Below, piece by piece: positions 12,200 through 21,581 of a stretch of 64,000 bases of DNA. This DNA is from an uncultured Acidobacteriota bacterium (lineage in GTDB: Bacteria; Acidobacteriota; Thermoanaerobaculia; UBA5066). The first letter of the stretch is position 1, and the number at the start of each line of letters is the position of its first letter. The stretch spans positions 128,001-192,000 of the forward strand of contig CAVZYA010000002.1 in the NCBI GenBank assembly GCA_963779415.1, written 5' to 3'. The notes beneath the pieces are model-generated. The model searched no databases. It was not told the DNA's origin and saw only the letters and a list, made by a program, of their open reading frames with translations. The translations under genes and the position numbers were made by a program.

Positions 12200-12703
12200 G
12201 TGAGCGTCCTCCGTCTCGCCGTGGGCCTCGCGCTTTCCCTTCTCGGGACGCTCGGCCTCGGCGCGATCGGCCTGCGCGCAGCGCCGGATCTCCTGATGCT
12301 TCCCGTCGGAGACGCGGCCCTTCGCGGCCGCGCGCCCCTCGCGATGCTCGCGGGGCTCCTCGCGGGGCTCCTCGAAGACCTCGTCTCCGTCCCCGGCCGG
12401 CTCCTCGGCCTTCACGCCTTCACGAAGATCCTCCTCGGCTACCTCCTCGCTTCGGTCGCGGCGCGCATGGTCATCGCGAAGCCGGCCGCCGTCGGCGCCC
12501 TCCTCGGCACGGCCGTTCTCGTGGAGAGCATGGCGCTCGTCCTCCTTCTCTGGCTCCTCCGCGGCGAGATGCTCCTTCCGTCGCCCCTCCTCGTCCTCGC
12601 GCGGGCCGCCGGGACCGGGATCGTGGCCGCCGCCCTCCAGACCGCGGCGCGCCATCCCTGGCGCGAGCGTCGGGAGGCGCGGCGCCGGATGAGGCTCGGA
12701 TGA
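12200..12703 (+). CDS. mreD: Rod shape-determining protein MreD
   Basis: Hydrophobic 167 aa, PDL, GLLEDL...GLHAF; position between mreC and mrdA. Confidence 0.85.
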   Translation: MSVLRLAVGLALSLLGTLGLGAIGLRAAPDLLMLPVGDAALRGRAPLAMLAGLLAGLLEDLVSVPGRLLGLHAFTKILLGYLLASVAARMVIAKPAAVGALLGTAVLVESMALVLLLWLLRGEMLLPSPLLVLARAAGTGIVAAALQTAARHPWRERREARRRMRLG

Positions 12704-14553
12704 CGACCGCCAATGCCCGCGAGGACCGGCGTCCCCTCCTCGTCCGGATCGAACGGGCCACGGCCTTCGCCTGGGCGATCCTCGCCATCCTCGTCGGCGT
12801 CTACTGGTTTCATCAGATCCTGCGGGGCGAGGAGTACGCCCGGCAGGCCGAGGACAACCGTCTCCGCTCCGTCCCCGTGACGGCCCCTCGCGGGTTCATT
12901 CTCGACCGCAACGGGACGGTCCTCGCCGAGAACGAGCCCGCCTTCACCCTTCTTCTCTACCGGAAGGAGACGAAGGACCTCGACCGCTCGCTCCGCTTCG
13001 TGGCCGACCTTCTCGACCGCTCCTTCGACGACCTGAAGCGCCGCGCCGAACGGGACCGCTCGTCTTACGACTTCGTGCCGGTCGTTCTCGAGGACAACCT
13101 GACGATGTCGGAAGTGGCCGCCGTCGAGGCGCACGCGCTCGAGCACCCGGAGCTCGCCGTCCAGACGGCCGAGCGCCGCGTCTATGGCCACGGCGAGGTG
13201 GCGGCCCACCTTCTCGGCCACCTCGGGGAAGCCTCGCTCGAGCAGCTCGTGGCGCGAGCCGGCCGGACGCGCCCCGGCGAGGCGATCGGACAGAAGGGGG
13301 TGGAGGCGGCCTACCAGGATCTCCTCGCGGGCGTCTCCGGCTCCCGGACGTTCATCATCGACTCGTTCGGCCGGGAGGTGGGAGAGTCGGGACGGGTCGA
13401 CCCGCTCCCCGGAAACACCCTCTGGCTCACCATCGACCTTCCGCTCCAGAAGATCGCGGAGGAGTATTTCGCGGACAAGGTGGGGAGCGCCGTCGCGCTC
13501 GACCCGAAGACGGGCGAGATCCTCGCGCTCGTCTCCTCGCCGGCGTTCGACCCGAACCTCTTCACGAAGCGCCTCTCGCGGGCGGAGTGGGACTCGATCG
13601 TCACGGACGAGAACCACCCGCTCAACAACCGCGTCCTCCAGAACGTCTACTCGCCCGGCTCCGTCTGGAAGGCGTTCATGGCGCGCGCGATCCTCGCGAG
13701 CGGGATCCGTCCCGACGAGCGGGTCTTCTGCACGGGGGGGGCGACCTTCTACGGCCGCTTCTTCCGCTGCCACGGACATCACGGCTCCGTCGACCTGACG
13801 ACGGCGCTCCAAGTCTCCTGCGACACCTACTTCTATACGATGGGGCGGCGGCTCGGCATCGAGGAGATCGCCGAGAACGGAAACCTCTTCGGTTTCGGCC
13901 GTCCCACCGGCATCGACCTCCTCGGCGAGAAGAGCGGCGTCCTCCCCTCGTCCGCGTGGAGCCTCAAGGCGCGCAAGCATCCCTGGTATGCCGGGGAGAC
14001 GATCTCCGTCGCGATCGGGCAGGGGCCGGTTCTCGTCACGGCCCTGCAGCTCGCGCGGGCCTTTGCCGGGATCGCGAACGGGGACGGCGCCCTTCCGACG
14101 CCGCACCTCTTCCACATCGGCGAGAACGTCCGGACGCGCGAGCGCTTCGTCTACCGCCCCCCCGTGAAGGAGTTCGTTCCCTGGCCGAAGGGGGCGCGCG
14201 AACTCATCGTCGAGGGGCTCTGGCGCGTCGTGAACGCGCCGGGAGGGACGGCCTACTCCGTCCACGTCCCCGGCCTCGACATCTGCGGCAAGACGGGGAC
14301 GGTGCAGGTCGTCGCCCAGAAGGAGGCCCGGAAGGCCTACCTTCTTCCGGAGGCCCTCCGCGACCACGGATGGTTCGCCTCGTTCGCGCCGAGGGACGAC
14401 CCGAAGATCGTCGTCGTCGTCTTCGTCGAGCACGGCCTTCACGGAAACATCGCGGCCGCGCCGCTCGCGGCGAAGCTCACCTCGGCGTGGCTCGCGCGCG
14501 GCACCGGACAGCCGGCCACCCTCCTCGCGGCGAGACCGGCGGGCGCCCGATGA
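12700..14553 (+). CDS. mrdA: Penicillin-binding protein 2
   Basis: APRGFILDRNG; catalytic SVWK (SxxK), SCD, KTG motifs. Confidence 0.95.
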   Translation: MTTANAREDRRPLLVRIERATAFAWAILAILVGVYWFHQILRGEEYARQAEDNRLRSVPVTAPRGFILDRNGTVLAENEPAFTLLLYRKETKDLDRSLRFVADLLDRSFDDLKRRAERDRSSYDFVPVVLEDNLTMSEVAAVEAHALEHPELAVQTAERRVYGHGEVAAHLLGHLGEASLEQLVARAGRTRPGEAIGQKGVEAAYQDLLAGVSGSRTFIIDSFGREVGESGRVDPLPGNTLWLTIDLPLQKIAEEYFADKVGSAVALDPKTGEILALVSSPAFDPNLFTKRLSRAEWDSIVTDENHPLNNRVLQNVYSPGSVWKAFMARAILASGIRPDERVFCTGGATFYGRFFRCHGHHGSVDLTTALQVSCDTYFYTMGRRLGIEEIAENGNLFGFGRPTGIDLLGEKSGVLPSSAWSLKARKHPWYAGETISVAIGQGPVLVTALQLARAFAGIANGDGALPTPHLFHIGENVRTRERFVYRPPVKEFVPWPKGARELIVEGLWRVVNAPGGTAYSVHVPGLDICGKTGTVQVVAQKEARKAYLLPEALRDHGWFASFAPRDDPKIVVVVFVEHGLHGNIAAAPLAAKLTSAWLARGTGQPATLLAARPAGAR

Positions 14554-14578
14554 GGCGAGGCGGCCGGAAGGGCGCGCC

Positions 14579-15676
14579 GTGTCGCGGCTGAGCGAAGCCC
14601 TTCCGCGAAGGCTCGACCTTCGCCTCCTCGGCGCCGCGCTCGCCCTGACGCTCGTCGGGATCGCGATGATCTACTCGACGACCTCGGGCACGGCGCGGGG
14701 AGACCTCGCGGCGCGGCAGGCGCTCTACACCCTCATCTCGCTCGGGGTCGCCGCCGTCTTCCTCGCGATCGACTACCGGATCCTCCTCGAGTACTCGCCG
14801 GGCCTCTACGGCCTCACCCTCGTCGTCCTCGCGGCCCTCCCGCTCTTCGGGACGCGGATCGCCGGGGCGAAGTCGTGGATCCGCATCGCGGGATTCCAGG
14901 TCCAGCCTTCGGAGCTGGCGCGGATCTCCATCGCCCTCCTCCTCGCCTGGCTCCTCGAACGGGACGACCAGAAGATCGTCCGGACCCGGACCCTCCTCCT
15001 CGTCGGCGTCGCCGTGGGCGTGCCGATGCTTCTCGTCCTCCTCCAGCCCGACACGGGCGTCGCGCTCACCTACGTCCCGTTCATCCTGACGGCCTTCTTC
15101 TTCGGCGGGATGCGGACGAAGTGGTGGGTCGTGCTGATCCTGGGCGGCGCCCTCGCCCTCGGAGGCTCGTGGTTTCTTCTGAAGGACTACCAGAAGGACC
15201 GGATCCGGACCTTCCTCGATCCGAACCTCGCCCTCCGCGGCGCGGGCTACCAGGTCCGGCAGGCCCGCATCGCGATCGGATCGGGAGGAGTCTTCGGAAA
15301 GGGCTTCAAGCAGGGAACGCAGAGCCGGCTCGGCTTTCTCCCGGTGCGCCACACGGACTTCATCTTCGCGGCGCTCGGCGAGGAGTGGGGTTTCGCGGGG
15401 GTCGCGGCGGTCCTCGGCCTCTACGGGGCGTTCCTCGCGCGGGCGGCCCATCTCGCGCGCGACGCGCGCGACCGCGGAGGAGCCCTCCTCGTCCTCCTTC
15501 TCGCCACGAACATCGCCGCCGAGGCGATCTGGAACATCGCGATGAACGTCGGCCTCCTGCCGACGACCGGCATCACGCTCCCGCTCATCTCGTACGGCGG
15601 ATCGTCCCTTTTCGCGACGTGGGGGATGATCGGCCTCATGCTGTCGGTCGCCTACCGGCGGTTTGTTAACGTGTGA
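14579..15676 (+). CDS. rodA: Rod shape-determining SEDS protein RodA
   Basis: GAKSWI, QPSE, LQPDTG, GYQ..Q..IAIGSGG, HTDFIF, LP.TGITLPLISYGGSS. Confidence 0.95.
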   Translation: MSRLSEALPRRLDLRLLGAALALTLVGIAMIYSTTSGTARGDLAARQALYTLISLGVAAVFLAIDYRILLEYSPGLYGLTLVVLAALPLFGTRIAGAKSWIRIAGFQVQPSELARISIALLLAWLLERDDQKIVRTRTLLLVGVAVGVPMLLVLLQPDTGVALTYVPFILTAFFFGGMRTKWWVVLILGGALALGGSWFLLKDYQKDRIRTFLDPNLALRGAGYQVRQARIAIGSGGVFGKGFKQGTQSRLGFLPVRHTDFIFAALGEEWGFAGVAAVLGLYGAFLARAAHLARDARDRGGALLVLLLATNIAAEAIWNIAMNVGLLPTTGITLPLISYGGSSLFATWGMIGLMLSVAYRRFVNV

Positions 15677-15681
15677 GCGCG

Positions 15682-17247
15682 ATGAAAGAGCTTCTCATCT
15701 CGGCCGGGGACCGCGAGACGCGGGTAGCCGTCCTCGAGGACGGGCGCGTGACCGAGGTGCAGATCGAGCGCCGCCGCCAGCGCGGCGTCGTCGGGAACAT
15801 CTACAAGGGGCGCGTCACGCGCGTCCTTCCCGGCATGCAGTCGGCCTTCGTCGACCTCGGCCTCGAGAAGGACGCCTTCCTCTATGTCGCCGACGTCGGC
15901 GAGGAGGTGGACGACTTCGACCGCTTCGGTTCCGCCGAAGAGGAGCCCGAGCCGCTGAAGAGCCTCCCGGAGCCGACGGTTCACAACGGCTTCGAAGAGC
16001 CGGTCGAGGGGGAGGGGGAGGGGCTTACCCCGAAGGCCCCGCTCCCCTCGATCGACGAGCTTCTCCGCGAAGGACAGGAGGTCGTCGTCCAGGTGACGAA
16101 GGACATGATCGCGCACAAGGGGGTGCGGATCACGACCCACGTCACGCTTCCCGGGCGGACGCTCGTCTACATGCCGACGATCGACCACGTCGGCGTCTCC
16201 CGCCGGATCGAGAACGAGGAGGAGCGGAACCGGCTGAAGGAAATCCTGACGGGGTTGAAAAAGGGGCCGGGGGGCTTCATCGTCCGGACGGCCGGCGAGG
16301 GACGGAGCGCCGAGGAGTTCTCCTCCGACCGACGCTATCTGACGAAGCTCTGGGAGCAGATCCGGAAGAAAGCGGAGCGGACGGGCGCGCCCGCCCTCCT
16401 CCACCGCGACCTCGACCTCGCTCTCCGCGCCGCGCGCGACATCTTCGGGCAGGACTTCACGACGCTCTTCGTGGACGACGACGAGGAGTACCAGCGCGTC
16501 GTGGAGTTTCTCGACCAGGTCCAGCCCGAGCTCGTCCAGAAGGTCAAGCTCACCCGGAAGTCGACGCCCCTTTTCGAGGAGTACGGCGTCGAGGCCGAGA
16601 TCGAGAACGCCCTGAAGCCGAAGGTCTGGCTCAAGTCGGGGGGACACATCGTCATCAACCAGACCGAGGCGCTCGTCGCCATCGACGTCAACACGGGGAA
16701 GTTCGTCGGGAAGAGCCGCCTCGAGGACACCGTCCTGAAGACGAACCTCGAGGCCGTGCAGGAGATCGTCCGGCAGATCCGCCTCCGCGACCTCGGGGGG
16801 CTTCTCGTCATCGACTTCATCGACATGGAGGAGGAGCCGCACCGGGCCGAGCTGGTCGCCGCGCTCGAAGGGGAGCTGAGGAAGGACCGTGCCAAGAACC
16901 GGATGCTCCCCGTCTCGGATTTCGGCCTCGTCGAGATCACCCGCAAGCGCCAGCGCCAGAGCCTCGAGCGCGCCCTGACGATGCCCTGCCCCTACTGCGC
17001 CGGGGCGGGGCGGATCAAGAACGTCACGACGATCATCCTCGAGATCCGGAGGGAGATCCTGAAGAAGGTGGACGAGGGGGAGGCCCACTCGCTCCTTCTC
17101 CGCGTCCACCCCGAGATCTATCGCGCCCTCATGGGCGAGGAGCGCCGCCTCGTCGAGGAGCTGGAGGAGCGGATCGGCATGCCGATCCACGTCCAGTCCG
17201 ACGAGCACCTCCACCACGAAGGATTCGACATCGTCCTCGAAGCGTGA
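15682..17247 (+). CDS. rng: Ribonuclease G (Rne/Rng family)
   Basis: GNIYKGRV..VLPGMQSAFVD, QTEALVAIDVNTG, RLRDLGGLLVIDFIDM, CPYC.G.G. Confidence 0.93.
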   Translation: MKELLISAGDRETRVAVLEDGRVTEVQIERRRQRGVVGNIYKGRVTRVLPGMQSAFVDLGLEKDAFLYVADVGEEVDDFDRFGSAEEEPEPLKSLPEPTVHNGFEEPVEGEGEGLTPKAPLPSIDELLREGQEVVVQVTKDMIAHKGVRITTHVTLPGRTLVYMPTIDHVGVSRRIENEEERNRLKEILTGLKKGPGGFIVRTAGEGRSAEEFSSDRRYLTKLWEQIRKKAERTGAPALLHRDLDLALRAARDIFGQDFTTLFVDDDEEYQRVVEFLDQVQPELVQKVKLTRKSTPLFEEYGVEAEIENALKPKVWLKSGGHIVINQTEALVAIDVNTGKFVGKSRLEDTVLKTNLEAVQEIVRQIRLRDLGGLLVIDFIDMEEEPHRAELVAALEGELRKDRAKNRMLPVSDFGLVEITRKRQRQSLERALTMPCPYCAGAGRIKNVTTIILEIRREILKKVDEGEAHSLLLRVHPEIYRALMGEERRLVEELEERIGMPIHVQSDEHLHHEGFDIVLEA

Positions 17248-17290
17248 CACGGACCGCCGGTTGGCAAACGTGACCGGGAGCCGGTTTCCC

Positions 17291-17821
17291 ATGAGCATTC
17301 GTCCTCTCGCCGCCCTGAACGTCTTCGCCTTCGTCTTCTTCCTGACCGGCTGCGTCGGAATTCCCGATGCCGTGTCACCCGTCAATGACTTTCGGCTGGA
17401 GAGGTATCTGGGACGGTGGTACGAGATTGCCCGGCTGGACCATTCCTTCGAACGCGGCTTGACCAGGGTCACCGCAACCGACAGTCTGCGGCCTGACGGC
17501 GGCGTCCGAGTCGTGAACCGCGGCTATTCCCCCAAAGAGAATGCCTGGAAAGAAGCCGAGGGGAAGGCCTATTTCGTGAAGAACGCCGATCAGGGCTACC
17601 TGAAGGTCTCTTTCTTCGGTCCCTTCTACGGCTCGTATGTCGTCTTCGCTCTCGATCACGAGAACTATCAATACGCACTCGTCTGCGGTCCCAACAAGTC
17701 CTATCTGTGGATGCTGGCGAGGTCTCCGGAAGTGCCGGACGCGTTGAAGGAGACGCTCGTGAAAAGGGCCGCCGCTCTCGGTTTCGACATTGGCAAGTTG
17801 ATCTTCGTCGATCAACGCTAG
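17291..17821 (+). CDS. blc: Outer-membrane lipoprotein lipocalin Blc (putative cassette gene)
   Basis: Lipobox LTGC, RYLGRWYEIAR, LKVSFFGPFYG.Y, YLWMLAR. Confidence 0.9.
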   Translation: MSIRPLAALNVFAFVFFLTGCVGIPDAVSPVNDFRLERYLGRWYEIARLDHSFERGLTRVTATDSLRPDGGVRVVNRGYSPKENAWKEAEGKAYFVKNADQGYLKVSFFGPFYGSYVVFALDHENYQYALVCGPNKSYLWMLARSPEVPDALKETLVKRAAALGFDIGKLIFVDQR

Positions 17822-17870
17822 CAGCCGGGACTGAACCATCGCTGCGCTCGCCGCTGAACGGTATCGCTCC
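17810..17870 (+). mobile_element. Degenerate attC-like remnant after blc
   Basis: CGCTCGCCGCTGA (17845-17857) is identical to the L' arm of the attC at 18873-18885. No intact GTTRRRY, so boundaries are approximate. Confidence 0.4.
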
Positions 17871-18065
17871 GCGACGCCCAGGTGCCCGGTCGTCAAGAGA
17901 GTCGGATCGCCCGTTCCCATTCTGCTCGCGATCGTAATCGTTCCGAGGTTCGCGTCCCGGTCACCGCGATCTCACGCCGTCGCGCACCGGCTTACAATGG
18001 TGCACGGACATCAAGACTCCCGAGTACTCCCGGGAGACGATCAACCGGCTGAAGGAGGTTCTTTC

Positions 18066-18494
18066 ATGAGATGTCGGAGAACAGCATACGGCGTTGCTCT
18101 GGCGGTGCTGGTTTCCATGCCGGCGCTCGCGCAACACGGAATGGCAGGCCCGAAGGGCTCGCCGCAGTACGACCCCAAAACCGAGCTGACGGTAAAAGGC
18201 ACGGTCGAGGAAGTCAAGGAATACCCCAGCCAAAGCAGTTGGCGCACCGGCCAGCACGTGACGCTCAAGACGGGCAGCGGCAGTCTCGACGTCCACCTCG
18301 GCCCAACCGATTACTGGAAGAAGAACGGATTTGAACTGGCAAAGGGAGACGCTATCGAGGTGACAGGCTCGAAGAGCAAACTGAACGACGTAGAGGTCCT
18401 GCTCGCTCGCGAGGTGAAGAAGGGCGCTAAGTCTGTGACCCTCCGCGACGCCCAGGGCGTTCCCGCCTGGTCCCGAGGACGACGTTCTCCTTGA
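18066..18494 (+). CDS. Secreted OB-fold-like hypothetical protein (cassette gene)
   Basis: GGAGG RBS; signal peptide ending ALA-Q; YDPKTE.TVKGTV...VHLGP..Y...GD.IEVTGS...LRD..G.P.W pattern. Confidence 0.75.
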   Translation: MRCRRTAYGVALAVLVSMPALAQHGMAGPKGSPQYDPKTELTVKGTVEEVKEYPSQSSWRTGQHVTLKTGSGSLDVHLGPTDYWKKNGFELAKGDAIEVTGSKSKLNDVEVLLAREVKKGAKSVTLRDAQGVPAWSRGRRSP

Positions 18495-18509
18495 ATCGAT
18501 TTTCTCGTC

Positions 18510-18570
18510 GCCGAACCCGCGGCTGCAGCGGACAGGCTTGCGCCTGCCGCGGAGCCGCGAGCCGTCAGAC
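18510..18570 (+). mobile_element. Integron attC site
   Basis: R'' GCCGAAC, 5 nt, L'' GCTGCAGC, central CAGGC-TTGC-GCCTG stem, L' GCGGAGC, spacer, R' GTCAGAC; 61 bp. Confidence 0.7.
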
Positions 18571-18611
18571 AGTTGTCTGTAATTTGCTTGCATCTTGAGC
18601 AAGGAGGCTTT

Positions 18612-18806
18612 GTGGCAAAGTGCCCTCACTGCAATCAGCCCGTCACTCTCGAGAAGACTCATCGGGAAACAGGCGACCTGCCCGATGACGTTCACAAGGA
18701 CGTCGTCGGTATTGTAAAGAAGGAGATCATGTACTCCTGCCCTCACTGCAATGCGGTTCTGGGTTTCGGTTTCTTTTTTGGTGGATTACTCACCGGGAGG
18801 CCCTAG
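18612..18806 (+). CDS. Small zinc-ribbon protein (cassette gene)
   Basis: AAGGAGG RBS, GTG start, two CPHC motifs; lies between two attC sites. Confidence 0.7.
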   Translation: MAKCPHCNQPVTLEKTHRETGDLPDDVHKDVVGIVKKEIMYSCPHCNAVLGFGFFFGGLLTGRP

Positions 18807-18842
18807 GGTCATTGCTTTCCGACGACCTCCAGATTTCCATCC

Positions 18843-18902
18843 GTCTCACTGTGCGTTCCCGCGGACTCGCTCCGCTCGCCGCTGAGCTTGATATCGTCAG
18901 GC
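18843..18902 (+). mobile_element. Integron attC site (degenerate)
   Basis: R'' GTCTCAC, 5 nt, L'' GTTCCCGC, ...CGCTCGCC, L' GCTGAGC, 8 nt, R' GTCAGGC; 60 bp, same layout as 18510-18570. Confidence 0.6.
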
Positions 18903-18921
18903 GGCAAGGAGAATCGTTGGC

Positions 18922-19143
18922 ATGAGTCAGAAGCTCTATCTCAGCCTCTCCGGCTTGATTTTTCTTCTCGTCGGAGTGCTTCACTTTCTGAGGCTTCTTT
19001 ACCATTGGCCGGTCATGGTCGGGCCCAGAACCATTCCGTATGCCCTGTCGTTCATCGGGTGCCCGGTCGCGCTCGGGTACTCGGTATGGGCCGCCTGGCT
19101 CCTCCGGGTGGAGAGGGTGGGTGGGCACCACGCGGCCCCGTGA
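18922..19143 (+). CDS. Small two-TM membrane protein (cassette gene)
   Basis: AAGGAG RBS just after the attC; two hydrophobic helices; IF.LV..LH..RL...W pattern. Confidence 0.65.
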   Translation: MSQKLYLSLSGLIFLLVGVLHFLRLLYHWPVMVGPRTIPYALSFIGCPVALGYSVWAAWLLRVERVGGHHAAP

Positions 19144-19170
19144 ACGACGCCCGGGAATTTGGGGCCGCGT
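19130..19170. repeat. 10-bp inverted repeat between convergent genes (possible terminator)
   Basis: ACGCGGCCCC (19130-19139) / GGGGCCGCGT (19161-19170). Confidence 0.35.
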
Positions 19171-19209
19171 CTCGATTGGCAATTTCGGGACGCTGTTTCC
19201 CCAAGGCTT

Positions 19210-21381
19210 TCAGAACCCCACTTCCAGCGTCACCATCACGCTTCGTGAGGCGAGAGGGTAGTAGTAGGGGATTCCGGAGTACGTGAGGCCGCCCTGGGCG
19301 TCCGCCGTGGCGTAGAGGTACGAGTAGCCGCTCGGCCAGAGCCGCTTGTCGTTCAGGAGGTTCTCGGCCTGGATCCTCAGGCTCGGCTTGCCGGGGAGCG
19401 CGCCCTCGAGGTCGATCAGGATCCCGGCCCCGAGGGTGAAGAAATCCGGCGTCACGAGGTCGCTCACGTTCGTGTTGTCGAGGAAGCTCTGCGCCACATA
19501 GCGCCCGTTCGCGGAGAGCGTGATCCACGGCAGGACGTCCCACTCGGCATTGAGATTCGCGACCAGCTCGGGCGTCAGGAGCGGCGCCACGTCCGAGAAG
19601 GTCCGGCTGACGCTCCCCGTGAGGTTTCCCGCGGCGTCGTAGAGGTCGTAGTACTGCGTCCAGGAGCTGATCCGGTTCCGGCTGGCGTTCAGCGTCGCCC
19701 CGAGACGGAGTGACTTGAGGGGCTGCCACTTCGCGTCCATCTCGAACCCGCGGCGGTAGCTCCGGGGGACGTTCTTCGAGATCGGAAGGCCGGTCGGCGC
19801 CAGCTCGCCGGTGAGCGCGATCTCGTTCCTGAACTCCATGTCGTAGACGTTCGCGTGGACCGTCATGGTGGACGTCCTGAAATCGATCCCCGCCTCGATG
19901 TCCGTCAGCTCCTCCGGCTTGACGGCATCGAAATCGGGGAGAACCGATGCGTCGTCCTGGCCCATGAGGAGATCGCCCCGCTGGGGCTCGCGGGAGGTCC
20001 GCCCGACCGAGGCATAAGCGGAGAGCGTCCGGGAGAGATCGAAGCGGGCGCCGATCTTCGGGTTGAAGAAGACCCAGCTCTTCGCCTCGTCGCCGGCGCC
20101 GCCGGAGTACCGGAACTCGGCCCACCGCACCTGGGCGTCGCCGAGAAGGTGCCATGGACCGGAATTCCACGCGACCTTCGCGAAGCCGTTCGCCTCGGAC
20201 TTGTAACCGTGATTCTCGTATTCCTCCGGTCCGTCCGTGAGGCCGCCGGTGTGGGTGCTGACGAAACTGCTCCCGTGCCCGCCGAGCGTGAAGTTGACCG
20301 GATCGCCGTCGTACCGGTAGGTCAGCGCGCCGCCGGCCCTCCACCAGTCGAGGCCGTACTGGAAGAGCTGGTTCGCGGCCTGGTCCTGCCAGACCCGGTA
20401 CGTCCCGCCGGCGTTTCCGAAGTACCCCTGCACGGCGAGGCTCGAGACTCCGGAGAGGACCTTCGTGAACTGCGCCTGGACGAGCGACTGCCAGAAGGAG
20501 TCGTTCTCCTCCGGCGTCATCGGGTTGTCGCGCGGGTTCGCCTCGAGAGCGGACTCCTCGGAGGCGAGAAAGGCGAGCTGCGTCTTCTCCCGCCCGTAGA
20601 AGCCGGAAAGACGGAAGGCGGAATCGGCCACCTCGCGGGTGACGCCCCAGAAGAGGCTCCCCTGCTTCACGCCCGAGTTGTCGCGGTAGCCGTCCGTGTC
20701 CTGCAGCGACGCCTTCACCCAGAGCTTCAGGTCTGGGCCGAAACGCCCCGACTGGACCTCGGCGCCGACCCGTTCGGTCCCGAAGGATCCGGCTCCGAGC
20801 CGCGCGGCGACGCCGAAGCCCTCGGACGGTTCGACGCTCTCGAAGCTGACGGAGCCTCCGTACGAGGCGGAGCCCCAGGTGGACGTGCCGACGCCGCGCT
20901 GGATCTGGAGGCTCCCGAGGGAGCCGGCAAAGTCCGCGAAGTTCGCGAAGTAGAAGGTCGAGTCCTCCGGGTCGTTCAGAGGCGCCCCGTCGAACGTCAG
21001 GTTGAGGCGCGTCATCTGGACGCCGCGGATCGAGATGTACGAGTAGCCGTTCGGTCCGCCCGACTCGGAGTAGAAGGTGACGGACGGAGCGGCCGAAAGA
21101 AGCGTTGGCATCTCCTGCCCGTTGTCCTCTTTCCGGATCACACTCCCTGAAATGTCGGTCTTCGTCACCGGCGCCGTCTCCTCGGCCCGGATGGCCGAGA
21201 CGGTCAGGCTCTCGCTCTTCCGGATCTCGGGCGGGGGCGTCGGCGTCGGCACGGGTGTCGGCGTCGCCGTCGGCCGGGGGACCGACGGATCGTCGGCCCG
21301 CGCCGTCGCTCCGAAAAGGGGCAGAGAGAGAAAGAAGAGAAGCGTTCCTGCGAGCTGCCTTGTTCCATGGCCTCTTGCCAT
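19210..21381 (-). CDS. TonB-dependent receptor, probable thiamine/thiamine-precursor transporter
   Basis: Signal peptide, PT linker, plug motifs ISIRG...RLNLTFDGAPLNDPED, IQRGVGTS, beta-barrel, terminal F. ATG 21381 has a GGAGG RBS; downstream of a TPP riboswitch. Confidence 0.88.
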   Translation of the reverse strand: MARGHGTRQLAGTLLFFLSLPLFGATARADDPSVPRPTATPTPVPTPTPPPEIRKSESLTVSAIRAEETAPVTKTDISGSVIRKEDNGQEMPTLLSAAPSVTFYSESGGPNGYSYISIRGVQMTRLNLTFDGAPLNDPEDSTFYFANFADFAGSLGSLQIQRGVGTSTWGSASYGGSVSFESVEPSEGFGVAARLGAGSFGTERVGAEVQSGRFGPDLKLWVKASLQDTDGYRDNSGVKQGSLFWGVTREVADSAFRLSGFYGREKTQLAFLASEESALEANPRDNPMTPEENDSFWQSLVQAQFTKVLSGVSSLAVQGYFGNAGGTYRVWQDQAANQLFQYGLDWWRAGGALTYRYDGDPVNFTLGGHGSSFVSTHTGGLTDGPEEYENHGYKSEANGFAKVAWNSGPWHLLGDAQVRWAEFRYSGGAGDEAKSWVFFNPKIGARFDLSRTLSAYASVGRTSREPQRGDLLMGQDDASVLPDFDAVKPEELTDIEAGIDFRTSTMTVHANVYDMEFRNEIALTGELAPTGLPISKNVPRSYRRGFEMDAKWQPLKSLRLGATLNASRNRISSWTQYYDLYDAAGNLTGSVSRTFSDVAPLLTPELVANLNAEWDVLPWITLSANGRYVAQSFLDNTNVSDLVTPDFFTLGAGILIDLEGALPGKPSLRIQAENLLNDKRLWPSGYSYLYATADAQGGLTYSGIPYYYPLASRSVMVTLEVGF

Positions 21382-21445
21382 CGCCCGCCTCCCGGCTTCG
21401 TGCGTCCACACGAAGTCCTCGAAGCGGAACCCTCGGAGGTTGATC

Positions 21446-21523
21446 GCCTTTCCCTACGCCGGTTTCACCCGGATCAGGTTCAAGGGTGTGATCTCAGGCC
21501 CCTCGCAAGGGCCACCCCTAGGC
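21446..21523 (-). ncRNA. TPP riboswitch
   Basis: Minus strand GCCTAGGGGTG...CTGAGA-TCACACCC-TTGAACCTGATCCGGGTGAAACCGGCGTAGGGAAAGGC matches the THI-box (CTGAGA, ACCTGA, GCGTAGGGA). Confidence 0.93.
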
Positions 21524-21581
21524 TCCGACGACACTCAATATGGGCCGCTCGGGATCCGGAGTCAATGCCGATCCGGAAGGT

